64,000 bases of DNA, taken from NCBI GenBank assembly GCA_965261395.1, contig OZ253462.1:1632001-1696000 (forward strand). Reading direction: 5' to 3'. Each line of letters starts with the position of its first letter. Position 1 is the stretch's first letter. The notes under the pieces are model-generated. The model was not told the DNA's origin. It searched no databases and saw only the letters and a program-made list of their open reading frames with translations. The stretch comes from Candidatus Latescibacterota bacterium. GTDB taxonomy: Bacteria; Latescibacterota; UBA2968; UBA8231. Position numbers and translations under genes: made by a program. Below, piece by piece: positions 9,574 to 19,443 of this stretch.

Positions 9574-10435
9574 CGTTTCGCGCTACCACGCAGATCCACG
9601 CCTCTTTTGCCAAGATGGTATCGACCTCTAATGTAGCTTCTGTGACCCAGCGGCAAAAAGCCGCTTCTTCCCGCGCCAGCAAACCCGAAAACGCGATCCG
9701 TCCATCCGCTGCCAACAAGCCGCGCAAAGGGGTCAAAAGGGGTCGCAGCACGTGGCTTTGGATATTGGCCAAAACCAAGTCAAAGGACCTTTCCGCGACT
9801 GTCTCAACCCCCCCCAACCGCACCTCAACCTGCTCAGAGCCGATGCGGTTGTGCGCCAAGTTTTCTCGCGCATTGGCCACGGCCTGCTCGTCGATATCCA
9901 CGGCGAGTACCGGCCCGGCCCCCAGCAGCGCGGCGGCAATGCTGAGAATGCCGCTGCCGGTCCCCAAGTCCAGACAACGCGCCCCGGGGCGCAGATAGCT
10001 CTCCAGCGCCTGCAAGCAGAGCTGGGTCGATTCGTGCGCACCCGTGCCAAAGGCCATTTTGGGATCTATGCTCACGGCGATCTGGCCCTCGGCCATCTCG
10101 ACCGGAATCCACGAAGGATGGACGACGATCCGCTCGGTGGCCCACACCGCCGCAAAGAACCGCCGCCACTCGACCTCCCAATCCTGTTCCTCCACGCATT
10201 CGGTGTCTATTGGTGGCATCAAACCAAGCGCGGCGAGCCTATGCGTCAGCTCGCGCCGCACCCCAGCCAAATCGCACGTCGGCTCGGCCGCAAAGTACGC
10301 GCTCAACCGCGTTTGCTCCCCTGCTTCCTCGGCCTGCAGACCGCAGCTACCCAACTCGTACGCCCACGCGCTCACGTCCTCGGCGCAGGCCGCAGGCACC
10401 GCTAGCCGCAAGCAGTGCCAAGCCCGCTTATTCAC
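9554..10435 (-). CDS. prmA: Ribosomal protein L11 methyltransferase
   Basis: [49 protein letters not shown] start at 10435 overlaps the mrp stop. Confidence 0.93.
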   Translation of the reverse strand: MNKRAWHCLRLAVPAACAEDVSAWAYELGSCGLQAEEAGEQTRLSAYFAAEPTCDLAGVRRELTHRLAALGLMPPIDTECVEEQDWEVEWRRFFAAVWATERIVVHPSWIPVEMAEGQIAVSIDPKMAFGTGAHESTQLCLQALESYLRPGARCLDLGTGSGILSIAAALLGAGPVLAVDIDEQAVANARENLAHNRIGSEQVEVRLGGVETVAERSFDLVLANIQSHVLRPLLTPLRGLLAADGRIAFSGLLAREEAAFCRWVTEATLEVDTILAKEAWICVVARNGGGQLD

Positions 10436-11201
10436 TGGCCTCCAAGCGGCGCAGCTCGGCGACGAGCCCCTCGCCGATTGCGGCGAAAAGGGGGTCCGGC
10501 TCGGCCCGTCCTTCATCTCCGCTCTGGCGGATTGCAGCCGAGAGAGGCAGCGCCCCAAAAAAGGGCAACCCCAACCGCTCCGCCGCCACAGCCCCGCCGC
10601 CACAGCCGAAGATCTCGTGGCGTTGATCGCATTGGCTGCACAAGTAGTAGCTCATGTTTTCGACGATCCCAAGGACGTCCACCTCGACCTTGGAAAACAT
10701 GGCAATGCCCCGCTCCACATCCTCCAGCGCCACGCTCTGCGGAGTGGTCACAATCAAGGCACCGGACAGGACTACGGCTTGGCTCAAGGTGAGCGGCACA
10801 TCGCCGGTGCCGGGCGGCAGATCGATCAACAAATAGTCGAGCGGCCCCCATTCTACTTGGTTCAAAAACTGTTGCAACGCTCGCGCCAACAGCGGCCCGC
10901 GCCAGACCACGGGCGCGTCCTCACCCGCGATAAAACCAATCGACATCAGGGCGACCCCCGCTTTGTACACCGGGCGCATGGTGCCATCCAGCCCGGTTGC
11001 AGGCTGCTGTCTGACACCCATCATCAAGGGAATGCTCGGGCCGTAGATGTCGGCGTCGAGCAGGCCGACGCGAGCTCCTTGGGCCGCCAGATTTACGGCC
11101 AAGTTGATACTTACAGTTGATTTGCCCACGCCGCCTTTGGCACTGGCAATGGCGACGGTATGGCGCACTTGGGCTAAGGGACCGGTTCGGGGAACGGACA
11201 A
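10428..11201 (-). CDS. mrp: Mrp/ApbC (NBP35) family P-loop Fe-S carrier ATPase
   Basis: SAKGGVGKST, DADIYGPS, WRGP, DLPPGTGD, VTTPQ, ENMSYYLCSQC. Confidence 0.93.
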   Translation of the reverse strand: MSVPRTGPLAQVRHTVAIASAKGGVGKSTVSINLAVNLAAQGARVGLLDADIYGPSIPLMMGVRQQPATGLDGTMRPVYKAGVALMSIGFIAGEDAPVVWRGPLLARALQQFLNQVEWGPLDYLLIDLPPGTGDVPLTLSQAVVLSGALIVTTPQSVALEDVERGIAMFSKVEVDVLGIVENMSYYLCSQCDQRHEIFGCGGGAVAAERLGLPFFGALPLSAAIRQSGDEGRAEPDPLFAAIGEGLVAELRRLEASE

Positions 11202-11213
11202 ATGTACCTGCTC

Positions 11214-12353
11214 TTAGGAGTGGAAGGCTTTGCGCATTTTGGCCAAGAAGCTGTCGCCCTCTTTGGCGACGCGCTCTTTTTCGAGCTCGGCTAGCTCGGT
11301 GAAAAGTTCGCGCTCTCGTCTATTAAGGCCCTCGGGAGTCCACAAGACGACTTGGACTAGCTGGTCGCCGACCCCGCGGCCGTTGACGTCCGGGATGCCT
11401 CGGCCGCCCATGCGGAAGACACGCCCAGATTGGGTGCCAGCGGGGATCTTCAACATGGCCCTGCCGGACAAGGTCGGAACTTCTACCTCCGTGCCTAGGG
11501 CGGCTTGGCCAAAACCCAAGGGCAATTGGTAGATCACGTGGTTGCCGTCGCGAGTGAAATAGTCGTGCTCTTTTTCTTCTATAAAGACCAAGCAATCCCC
11601 GGACGGCCCACCGCGCGGCCCGACTTCGCCTTGGCCACGCAATGGAATGTAGTTACCCTCTTGGACGCCGGCGGGAATCCGCACCGTCAGGGTCGTTTGG
11701 CCGCGCTCGCGGCCCTCGCCTCGGCACTCTGGGCAGGGATTGGACACAATGTGACCCTCCCCTTCGCAGGTCGGACACGTCACCACAGTCATCGACGGCC
11801 CAAAGAGGGTGCGCGCCATCTGTTGCACTTGGCCCTGCCCGCCGCAAGTGCCGCAGGCTTTGCGGCCCGCTCCACTGGCCGCGCCGGTACCCTCGCAGCT
11901 TTTGCAGCGCTGCAAGCGCGTCAGCGCGATGTTCTTTTCCACGCCCGTGGCGATCTCCTCTAGGGTCAAGGCCACCTTAATCTTCAAGTCGCGACCTCTT
12001 GGCTTCTCCCCCCCCCGCGACCGCCGACCACCGCCGAAAAAGCTCTCAAAAATATCGCCGAAAACGTCTTGAAAATCGCCAGCGTGCGAAAAATCCGACC
12101 ACTGAAAGCCACCGCCGCTGAATTTGCCCTCAACTCCAGCGTGGCCAAAGCGGTCGTACGCGGCCTTCTTCTCTGGATCTGAAAGCACCTCGTATGCTTC
12201 GGATGCCTCCTTGAATTGCTCTTCGGCCGCGGCGTCACCGGGATTGCGATCGGGATGGTACTTCAGCGCCTTCTTGCGGTAGGCTCCTTTGATCGCGCTT
12301 TCGCTGGCACCCCGCTCGACGCCCAGTACTTCGTAGTAGTCCCTTTTGGCCAT
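11214..12353 (-). CDS. dnaJ: Chaperone DnaJ
   Basis: [13 protein letters not shown] motif, G/F-rich region, four CxxCxGxG repeats. Confidence 0.98.
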   Translation of the reverse strand: MAKRDYYEVLGVERGASESAIKGAYRKKALKYHPDRNPGDAAAEEQFKEASEAYEVLSDPEKKAAYDRFGHAGVEGKFSGGGFQWSDFSHAGDFQDVFGDIFESFFGGGRRSRGGEKPRGRDLKIKVALTLEEIATGVEKNIALTRLQRCKSCEGTGAASGAGRKACGTCGGQGQVQQMARTLFGPSMTVVTCPTCEGEGHIVSNPCPECRGEGRERGQTTLTVRIPAGVQEGNYIPLRGQGEVGPRGGPSGDCLVFIEEKEHDYFTRDGNHVIYQLPLGFGQAALGTEVEVPTLSGRAMLKIPAGTQSGRVFRMGGRGIPDVNGRGVGDQLVQVVLWTPEGLNRRERELFTELAELEKERVAKEGDSFLAKMRKAFHS

Positions 12354-12361
12354 TCTGCTCC

Positions 12362-13015
12362 TCAGCTCTCCGCACTCGCCCTGCTGACGACGACGCGCGC
12401 GTAACGGACCACCTTATCGTTGAGTTTGTAGCCCTTCTCCATCTCCTCAATGATCGTGCCTGGGGCGTGCTCGTCGTCTGGGACTTCGGCTAGGGCCTCG
12501 TGGACTTCGGGGTCAAAGGGCTGTCCCACCGACTCGATCTCGGCTAGCCCATAGCCTTTGAGCACATCGTTGAATTGGCCGCAGATCAACTCGACGCCCT
12601 GCTTGAGCAACTCGGCTTCTTGGGTCTCCTGATGGAGGGCGCGGCGCAAGTTGTCCAAGATGGGCGCAACTTGCAACAAGACATCACGCAAGGTCTCATC
12701 CCGCGTTTCCGCGCGCATCCGCACCGTGCGCTTGCGATAGTTATCCAACTCGGCGACCGCCCGCACATAGCGGTCGTAATTAGCCGCTGCCTCGGCGCGT
12801 GCAGCCTCGAGCTCGGCTAGCCCATCGGCCTCAGGCTCCGCTGCTGCTTCCTGTGATTCCGCTGCTTCCTGCGATTCCACCGCCACTTCTTCTTGCTGCG
12901 ACGCTGCCGCTTCTTGTTCGCATGACTCCGACACTTTCTCCTGCGGCTCGACGGCACTCTCCGTGCTCGTCTCGTCGTCCACTGCGACGCGGTCTTGAGT
13001 TTCGCGCTCGCTCAT
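12362..13015 (-). CDS. grpE: Nucleotide exchange factor GrpE
   Basis: [34 protein letters not shown]. Confidence 0.97.
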   Translation of the reverse strand: MSERETQDRVAVDDETSTESAVEPQEKVSESCEQEAAASQQEEVAVESQEAAESQEAAAEPEADGLAELEAARAEAAANYDRYVRAVAELDNYRKRTVRMRAETRDETLRDVLLQVAPILDNLRRALHQETQEAELLKQGVELICGQFNDVLKGYGLAEIESVGQPFDPEVHEALAEVPDDEHAPGTIIEEMEKGYKLNDKVVRYARVVVSRASAES

Positions 13016-13059
13016 CGACGCTCCTTACTCTTACTGGGAAAGATTGGAACAAAAACTCG

Positions 13060-14094
13060 TTAGCAGATCAGATCAGCCGCTCGGGAGGCCGCGCAATTGA
13101 CCAAGTTCACCAAAGACCTGTAAGGCATGCGCGTCGGGCCGATTACGCCGATCACGCCGACCGCGCCTTTGGCCCCGGCGACCTCGTAGCTGGCCGTTAC
13201 CATGCTGCACCGCTCCATCGCCCGCGGCCGGTGCTCGGAACCAATGGTGATAACCACGCCACGACGCTCGCTCATAAGCTGGGCGAGGAGGTCCTTTTTC
13301 TCCACCAAATCGACCAAACCGGCCACTTCGCTCGGATCGTCAAATTCGGGCTTTAGGCAGAGATTGCGAGTCCCCGAAACGTGGAGATCGGCACCGCGCG
13401 TAGTGGCCAAGCCTTCGATCTGCCGCACGACGGCTTCTATAACCGGCCGTGAGACTGGCCCCAGCTCGATCATTCGCTCCTCGACCGCGCGTTGGATTTC
13501 AGCCATCGTCAGCCCGTGCAAGCGCTCGTTAAAAAGCCGGCTCAGGACCTCTAACTCGCGCTGCGACACCGCGCAATTTACTTCGACCATCAAGCTCTTT
13601 GTCAGGCCCCCACGCATGGTGACGATGAGCAACAGGCGACGCTCCCCCAAGTGCCAAAGTTCCAGCTTGTGAAAGATGCCTTGATTAAAGCGCGGGGCCA
13701 AAACCAGCCCTAATTGGTTCGACAAATCGCCGATGGTTCTCGCCAATTGATGCAGGATCTCCTCGTAATTGCCCTCCTGTTGTGCAGCTTCTAGCTGCTG
13801 CCGCAGAGCGATCTCAGCCTCGTCTAGGCCAGCGTCTGCCGTCGCCATGCAGCGCTGCACGTAGAATCGGTAGCCCTTTTCAGAGGGAATGCGGCCTGCC
13901 GAGACATGGGGCTGGGATACGTAGCCCTTTTCCTCTAGGCAGGCTAGAGTGTTGCGTATGGTAGCCGAACTGACGCCCAGATCCTCGTGCTGGATCAACG
14001 TCTGCGAACCAACCGGGACGCTTTGGGCAACGTGGACTTTGACCAAAGCAAGGAGAACTTGGATTTCGCGTTTGGAAAGTGGGCTAGTGGCCAT
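13060..14094 (-). CDS. hrcA: Heat-inducible transcription repressor HrcA
   Basis: PVGS, VSSATIRN, QPHVSAGRIPSEKGYRFYV, GVIGPTRMPY. Start taken at MATSP (14094). Confidence 0.95.
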   Translation of the reverse strand: MATSPLSKREIQVLLALVKVHVAQSVPVGSQTLIQHEDLGVSSATIRNTLACLEEKGYVSQPHVSAGRIPSEKGYRFYVQRCMATADAGLDEAEIALRQQLEAAQQEGNYEEILHQLARTIGDLSNQLGLVLAPRFNQGIFHKLELWHLGERRLLLIVTMRGGLTKSLMVEVNCAVSQRELEVLSRLFNERLHGLTMAEIQRAVEERMIELGPVSRPVIEAVVRQIEGLATTRGADLHVSGTRNLCLKPEFDDPSEVAGLVDLVEKKDLLAQLMSERRGVVITIGSEHRPRAMERCSMVTASYEVAGAKGAVGVIGVIGPTRMPYRSLVNLVNCAASRAADLIC

Positions 14095-14150
14095 GGCCGG
14101 GAAGCATCTCAAGCGGCATAAACGCCAGATAAATACTGAAGCTTTGAGAA

Positions 14151-14178
14151 ATAATAAAAGCCGCCGATTCCTTGTCAA
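14151..14178 (-). promoter_or_regulatory. Putative sigma70 promoter for the hrcA operon
   Basis: Minus strand TTGACA (14178-14173), 16 nt, TATTAT (14156-14151). Confidence 0.55.
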
Positions 14179-14197
14179 GGTTCGCTTACCAGCTTGC

Positions 14198-14226
14198 TTG
14201 ACAGCCAATTTACAGGATCGTACTAT
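14198..14226 (+). promoter_or_regulatory. Putative sigma70 promoter for glnA
   Basis: TTGACA (14198-14203), 17 nt, TACTAT (14221-14226). Confidence 0.65.
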
Positions 14227-14288
14227 TAAAGCTTCATTTTTGTCTCAAACCACCCTAAAGCATTATTCGACGCGAGAAAGGAATTCTC

Positions 14289-15764
14289 ATGGCCAAAGCC
14301 AAGGCTAAAGCCAAACCGAAAGCCAAAGCCAAAACGAAGTCATCCGGGCCCAGCGCGGTCGATGCCGCGCTGGCCTTAGCACGCAACCAACAAGCGCAGA
14401 TGGTCGATTTCAAGTTCGTCGATCTGCCCGGCACCTGGCAGCACTTCACCATGCCCATCGCCGGCCTCGAACCCGATCTGTTCGACGATGGCCTCGGCTT
14501 CGATGGCTCCTCCATCCGCGGATGGAAGGCGATCGACGAATCCGACATGCTCGTCGTGCCCGATCCGACCACCGCGGTGATGGATCCGTTCACCGCGGTG
14601 CCGACCCTGTCGCTGATCTGCTCGATTGAAGACCCCATCACCCGCCAGCCCTATGGCCGCGATCCCCGCGGCGTTGCCCAGCGTGCCCAAGCCTACTTGC
14701 TGCGCACCCAGCTGGCCGACACGGCGTTTTTCGGGCCGGAAGCAGAGTTTTTCATCTTCGACAACATCCAGTTCGACCAGCAACCCCATCAGGCCTTCTA
14801 TGCGATTGACTCCGCCGAAGGACGCTGGAACAGCGGTGCCGACGAAGGACCCAACCTCGGCTACAAGCCCGACTACAAGGGCGGCTACTTCCCCGTGCCG
14901 CCCACCGACTCCCAGCAAGACCTCCGCACCGAGATGGTGCAGACGATGCTCGACTGCGGCATCGACGTGGAGATTCACCACCACGAGGTGGGCACCGCCG
15001 GCCAGGGCGAAATCGACATCCGCTTTTGTCCGCTGCTTATTTGCGGCGACCGGATGATGATGTATAAATACATCGTCAAGAATGTGGCACGTCAGCACGG
15101 CAAGACGGCTACGTTCATGCCCAAGCCGCTGTTTGAGGACAACGGCACGGGCATGCACACCCACCAGAGTCTGTGGCAGGGCGACCAGCCGCTGTTTGCT
15201 GGCAGCGGCTATGCGGGTATCAGCCAGATGGCGCTGCACTACATCGGCGGACTGTTGCACCACGCACCGGCGCTGTTGGCGTTTACCAATCCGACGACCA
15301 ACTCCTACAAGCGGCTGGTGCCCGGCTATGAGGCCCCAGTGAACTTGGCGTATTCGCAACGCAATCGCAGTGCGTCGGTGCGCATTCCGATGTATTCGCC
15401 CAGTCCCAAGAGCAAGCGGGTGGAGTTCCGCTGCCCCGACCCGTCGTGCAACATCTACTTGGCGCTGTCGGCGATGCTGATGGCGGGGTTGGACGGCATT
15501 GAGCAGCAGATGGATCCGGGTGAACCGCTGGACAAGAATCTGTATGATCTGTCGGCGGAGGAGCGGGCGGGGGTGCCGCAGACGGCCGGCTCATTGGAGG
15601 CGTCGTTGGATCACTTGGAGCAGGATCGGGACTTTCTGTTGCAGGGCGATGTGTTCTCCGACGACCTGATCGACGCGTGGATCGACTACAAGCGCACCGA
15701 GGAGGTCGATGCCCTCCGACTGCGTCCGCATCCCTATGAGTTCTCACTCTACTACGACGTGTAA
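14289..15764 (+). CDS. glnA: Type I glutamine synthetase
   Basis: [54 protein letters not shown], adenylylation loop KNLYDL. Confidence 0.98.
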   Translation: MAKAKAKAKPKAKAKTKSSGPSAVDAALALARNQQAQMVDFKFVDLPGTWQHFTMPIAGLEPDLFDDGLGFDGSSIRGWKAIDESDMLVVPDPTTAVMDPFTAVPTLSLICSIEDPITRQPYGRDPRGVAQRAQAYLLRTQLADTAFFGPEAEFFIFDNIQFDQQPHQAFYAIDSAEGRWNSGADEGPNLGYKPDYKGGYFPVPPTDSQQDLRTEMVQTMLDCGIDVEIHHHEVGTAGQGEIDIRFCPLLICGDRMMMYKYIVKNVARQHGKTATFMPKPLFEDNGTGMHTHQSLWQGDQPLFAGSGYAGISQMALHYIGGLLHHAPALLAFTNPTTNSYKRLVPGYEAPVNLAYSQRNRSASVRIPMYSPSPKSKRVEFRCPDPSCNIYLALSAMLMAGLDGIEQQMDPGEPLDKNLYDLSAEERAGVPQTAGSLEASLDHLEQDRDFLLQGDVFSDDLIDAWIDYKRTEEVDALRLRPHPYEFSLYYDV

Positions 15765-15789
15765 ACAACTGCTAACTACGGGTACTCAC

Positions 15790-15828
15790 AGCAAGGGAAG
15801 ATTTTCACTGGGGGAATCTTCCCTTGCT
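15790..15828 (+). terminator. Strong hairpin after glnA (terminator or stabiliser)
   Basis: 14-bp perfect stem AGCAAGGGAAGATT / AATCTTCCCTTGCT; no clear U-tract. Confidence 0.5.
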
Positions 15829-15854
15829 CTATATACACCCTACGGTCACACCTC

Positions 15855-16760
15855 GTGAAACTCGTCATCGGCAGCCGCGGCAGCCAACTCGCCCTCGTCC
15901 AAGCCCATGAGGTCCGCAACCGCTTGCTAGCGCTGCACGACGGGCTGGACATTGAGATTTCAATCATCCGCACCACTGGCGACGCGACGACGGGTTCGCT
16001 GCGTCGCTTGGGAGGCATGGGCGTTTTTATCAAAGCCCTTGAATCCGCCCTGCTGGCCGGGCACATCGACCTAGCGGTTCACAGCCTGAAAGACCTGCCG
16101 ACCCAGATGGACGGCGGCCTCGCCCTCGTCGCCACGCCCGAGCGCGAAGATGTGCGCGACGCTCTCGTCGGCCCCGGCATATCCTCGCTGGCCGATTTGC
16201 CGGACGGCGCGCGGGTGGGCACAGGCAGTCTGCGCCGCCGCGCCCAACTCAAGGCCCTGCGGCCCGACCTGAACATTCTAGATATCCGCGGCAACCTAGA
16301 CACCCGCATCGACAAGGCCATGCGCGGCGAGTGCGATGCCGTCGTCCTGGCCGTTGCCGGACTCAACCGCCTCGGCTGGCAGGAGCGCATTGGCTGCTAC
16401 CTGCCCCTAAATCAGGTACTGCCCGCGCCCGGCCAAGGCGCTTTAGGGCTGCAAATGCGCGCCGATCACCCTGCGCGCCCCACCGTCGTAGCCCTCAACC
16501 ACGCCCCGACCCTAGCCGCAGTGCAAGCCGAGCGCCACCTACTACACACCCTGCGCGCCGGGTGCCACGCGCCCGTCGGCACTTGGGGCCGCATCGAGGG
16601 CGACCTCCTCGCACTCGACGGCTTGGTGGGCCATCCCGAAGGCACCCAGTTGCTGCGCGCCGAGTTGCGTGCCCCCCGTGCCCGTGCCGAATCCCTAGGT
16701 GCATCCCTTGCAGACGCCCTGCGCACCCAAGGCGCCGATGCCCTCTTGCAGATGCCCTGA
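15855..16760 (+). CDS. hemC: Hydroxymethylbilane synthase
   Basis: GSRGSQLALVQ, DLAVHSLKDLPT, GTGSLRR, IRGNLDTR, PAPGQGAL, GCHAP. Confidence 0.97.
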   Translation: MKLVIGSRGSQLALVQAHEVRNRLLALHDGLDIEISIIRTTGDATTGSLRRLGGMGVFIKALESALLAGHIDLAVHSLKDLPTQMDGGLALVATPEREDVRDALVGPGISSLADLPDGARVGTGSLRRRAQLKALRPDLNILDIRGNLDTRIDKAMRGECDAVVLAVAGLNRLGWQERIGCYLPLNQVLPAPGQGALGLQMRADHPARPTVVALNHAPTLAAVQAERHLLHTLRAGCHAPVGTWGRIEGDLLALDGLVGHPEGTQLLRAELRAPRARAESLGASLADALRTQGADALLQMP

Positions 16761-18286
16761 TGTCCGCTGAATACGCCACTCCAGGCACCGTGTACATCGT
16801 CGGAGCCGGTCCCGGCGACCCCGGCCTACTGACTCTCAAAGGACTGCGCTACCTGCGCGAGGCCGACGTCGTCCTCTACGACGACCTCCTCGACAGCCGC
16901 TTGCTGGACCTAGTGCCCAGCACGTGCGAGCAAATCGCGGTCGGCAAACGCGGCGGCCGCAAAAACCCCTCCCAAGACGAGATCCATGCGCTCCTCGTTG
17001 ATCGCGCCCGCCAAGGCCATATCGTCGTCCGCCTCAAAGGCGGTGACCCCTTCATCTTCGGCCGCGGCGGCGAAGAGGCCCTGCACCTGCGCCAAGCCGG
17101 CATCCCCTTTGAAATCGTCTCCGGCGTCTCCGCGGCCTCTGGCGTCTTGGCCTACGCAGGCATCCCCTTAACTCATCGCGGCATCGCCTCGGCTGCGCTG
17201 CTGGTCACTGGCAATGAGGATCCGGCTAAGCCCGCGACCATCGACTGGGACCAACTAGCGGCCTTTGACGGCACCCTCGTCATCTTCATGGCCGTCCGCA
17301 AGCTCGCCAGTATATGCCAGCATCTCATCGCTCGGGGCCGGCCAGCTTCGACACCGGCCGCAGCCATTGAATGGGGCACTTGGCCCGACCAGCGCACGGT
17401 CGTCGCCGATCTCCAACACCTGCCGGCCCAAGCCGTTGCCCAGCAAATCCGCTCGCCGGCCCTCATCGCAATCGGCCCAGTCGTCGCGCTGCGTCAAGAG
17501 CTCAACTGGTTTGAGAGCAAGCCGCTCTTTGGCCGCCGCTTGCTCGTCACCCGCAGCCGTGAACAGGCCGGCCCCCTCCAGCAACGCCTCGAAGCCGAAG
17601 GGGCGGCCGTATCGACACTGCCCCTTTTGCACATCGGCCCACCCGACGACTGGACGGCTGTGGATGCGGCCCAAGACCGGCTTAGGGACGCTGCTTGGGT
17701 CGTCTTCACCAGCCCCAACAGCGTGTCCTTTTTCTGCGACCGGCTCTACCAGCGCGGCCTCGACGCCCGGGTCTTTGCCCACACGCGCATCGCGGCCGTC
17801 GGCTTGGCTACGGCCGCGGCGCTACGCCAACAGGGCTTAGTTGCCGACCTCGTGCCCCCGAGCCAATCGCAGGCCTCGCTAGCGAGCGCCTTTGCTGCAT
17901 TCGATGTGGCCGGCCAAGAGATCCTCTTACCGGCCTCTTCCATTGGGCGCACTGAACTCGCCAATACGCTCGCAGCACGCGGTGCCCAAGTTCACCACCT
18001 AACGACGTACGTAAATCGCCTGCCGGACCAAGTCGAACTCCCCGCCGAGCTGGCCGAGAACAAACTCGACCTCATCGTCTTTGCCAGCCCATCCAGCGTC
18101 CACAATTTTCATCAGGTTCTAGGGTCCAAACGCGCAGAGGCCGTATTGGCCCGCACCCACATTGCCTGCATTGGTCCGACCACGGCCGCAGCCGTGCGCC
18201 AACTCGGATTTGCCGTTCACGTGCAGCCCCGCGAAAGCAGTATCCCCTCGCTCGTCCAAGCTATCATCGCCTTCTACGCCCCGTGA
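16760..18286 (+). CDS. cobA: Uroporphyrinogen-III C-methyltransferase / synthase fusion (CobA-HemD)
   Basis: VGAGPGDPGLLTLKG, RLKGGDPFIFGRGGEE, GIPLTHRG; HemD part LFGRRLLVTR, FTSPN, FASPSSV, CIGPTT. ATG overlaps the hemC TGA. Confidence 0.95.
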   Translation: MSAEYATPGTVYIVGAGPGDPGLLTLKGLRYLREADVVLYDDLLDSRLLDLVPSTCEQIAVGKRGGRKNPSQDEIHALLVDRARQGHIVVRLKGGDPFIFGRGGEEALHLRQAGIPFEIVSGVSAASGVLAYAGIPLTHRGIASAALLVTGNEDPAKPATIDWDQLAAFDGTLVIFMAVRKLASICQHLIARGRPASTPAAAIEWGTWPDQRTVVADLQHLPAQAVAQQIRSPALIAIGPVVALRQELNWFESKPLFGRRLLVTRSREQAGPLQQRLEAEGAAVSTLPLLHIGPPDDWTAVDAAQDRLRDAAWVVFTSPNSVSFFCDRLYQRGLDARVFAHTRIAAVGLATAAALRQQGLVADLVPPSQSQASLASAFAAFDVAGQEILLPASSIGRTELANTLAARGAQVHHLTTYVNRLPDQVELPAELAENKLDLIVFASPSSVHNFHQVLGSKRAEAVLARTHIACIGPTTAAAVRQLGFAVHVQPRESSIPSLVQAIIAFYAP

Positions 18287-19296
18287 AGACCTACCCAGCC
18301 GGCAAGCTGCCTCCCGCTGAATTAAGCCGTCTGCTCGCGGCCTATACCCACCGCCACGAACGCCTGCTCGTGCCGCCGACCGTGGGCGAGGACGCGGCGG
18401 TCATCGACTGCGGCGACCGCTTGCTAGTGGCCAAGACCGACCCCATCACTTTTGCCAGCGACGAGATTGGCTGGTACGCAGTCCACGTCAATGCCAACGA
18501 CATTGCCGCCATGGGGGCGACGCCCCGCTTCTTCCTCAGCACCATCCTCCTCCCCGAGGGACGCGCCACGCCCGAGCTTGCGGCATCCATTTTTCGCTCC
18601 ATCCACCAAGCTGCCGAGAGCTTGGGCGTCGCCGTCTGCGGCGGCCACACGGAGGTGACCTACGGACTCGACCGCCCCCTAGTCATCGGCCAGATGCTCG
18701 GGGAAACCACGCGCGACCGCTTGGTGCGCTCCTCGGGCTTGCGACCCGGCCACGCCCTACTTCTGACCAAGGGCTTGGGCATTGAAGCCACCGCCATCAT
18801 CGCCCGCGAAAAACGCGCACAACTGCGCGATCACGGCTGTACGCCGGCCTTTTTGGACGCCTGCGCCGACTTCCTCCACACCCCCGGCATCAGCGTCGTG
18901 CGCGATGCCCAAGTCGCCGTCCAAGCCGGACGAGTCACTGCCATGCACGACCCGACCGAAGGCGGGGTTGCCACGGGCCTGTGGGAATTGGCCACTGCGT
19001 CCGCAGTGGGCGCAGAAATCGACTACCACGCGCTGCCCATCGATCCGGCCACAGCACACCTCTGCGCGGCCTTTGAACTCGATCTCCTCGGCGTGATTTC
19101 CTCGGGTGCGCTACTGATCGGCTGCACGGCCGATTCCGCCGACGCCATACTCGCGGCCCTGCACGACGCTAACATAGCCGCAGCCCGCATCGGCACGGTC
19201 CGTCCCCCTTCTTTCGGGCTTCAGCTACGCCGCGACGGCCACCTGACGACATTGCCCACTTTTCCGGTGGACGAAATCTCGCGCCTCTTTACCTAA
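18283..19296 (+). CDS. AIR synthase-related (HypE/ThiL-like) protein
   Basis: GKLP, GEDAAV, DPITF, NANDIAAMGA, GGHTEVT, MHDPTEGG, SSGALL. Confidence 0.9.
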   Translation: MKTYPAGKLPPAELSRLLAAYTHRHERLLVPPTVGEDAAVIDCGDRLLVAKTDPITFASDEIGWYAVHVNANDIAAMGATPRFFLSTILLPEGRATPELAASIFRSIHQAAESLGVAVCGGHTEVTYGLDRPLVIGQMLGETTRDRLVRSSGLRPGHALLLTKGLGIEATAIIAREKRAQLRDHGCTPAFLDACADFLHTPGISVVRDAQVAVQAGRVTAMHDPTEGGVATGLWELATASAVGAEIDYHALPIDPATAHLCAAFELDLLGVISSGALLIGCTADSADAILAALHDANIAAARIGTVRPPSFGLQLRRDGHLTTLPTFPVDEISRLFT

Positions 19297-19314
19297 TCGC
19301 GGTCTTATCGGTTA
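18940..19314 (+). repeat. Direct repeat copy 1 (3' end of the AIR-synthase-like gene plus ~20 nt downstream)
   Basis: Colinear with 22545-22920; about 32 mismatches in ~375 nt by manual comparison. Confidence 0.95.
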
Positions 19315-19443
19315 TTGTGAACTCGGTGGTGTCCGAACTACGACTGAATAGCTGGGCGGTGGGTGTTCCGCCGGACCAGACGCCATACATGCGGAAGCTC
19401 CGGCGGGTGCGCGGAGCTCCCTTGCCTATGATGGAGAAGTGCA

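Noticed and set aside
10044-11120. Long alternative-frame and antisense ORFs (also 129-731, 14376-15359, 24922-25767, 55581-56456, 61316-62230)
   Set aside because: They overlap well-supported genes, lack motifs, and are expected shadows in GC-rich DNA.
14095-14288. CIRCE element upstream of hrcA
   Set aside because: No match to the inverted-repeat consensus was found by eye.
16331-16759. N-terminal extensions given by the ORF track (cobA, also 8225, prmA, 46286, 57164)
   Set aside because: They overlap upstream genes or non-coding DNA; better starts with an RBS or stop/start coupling exist downstream.
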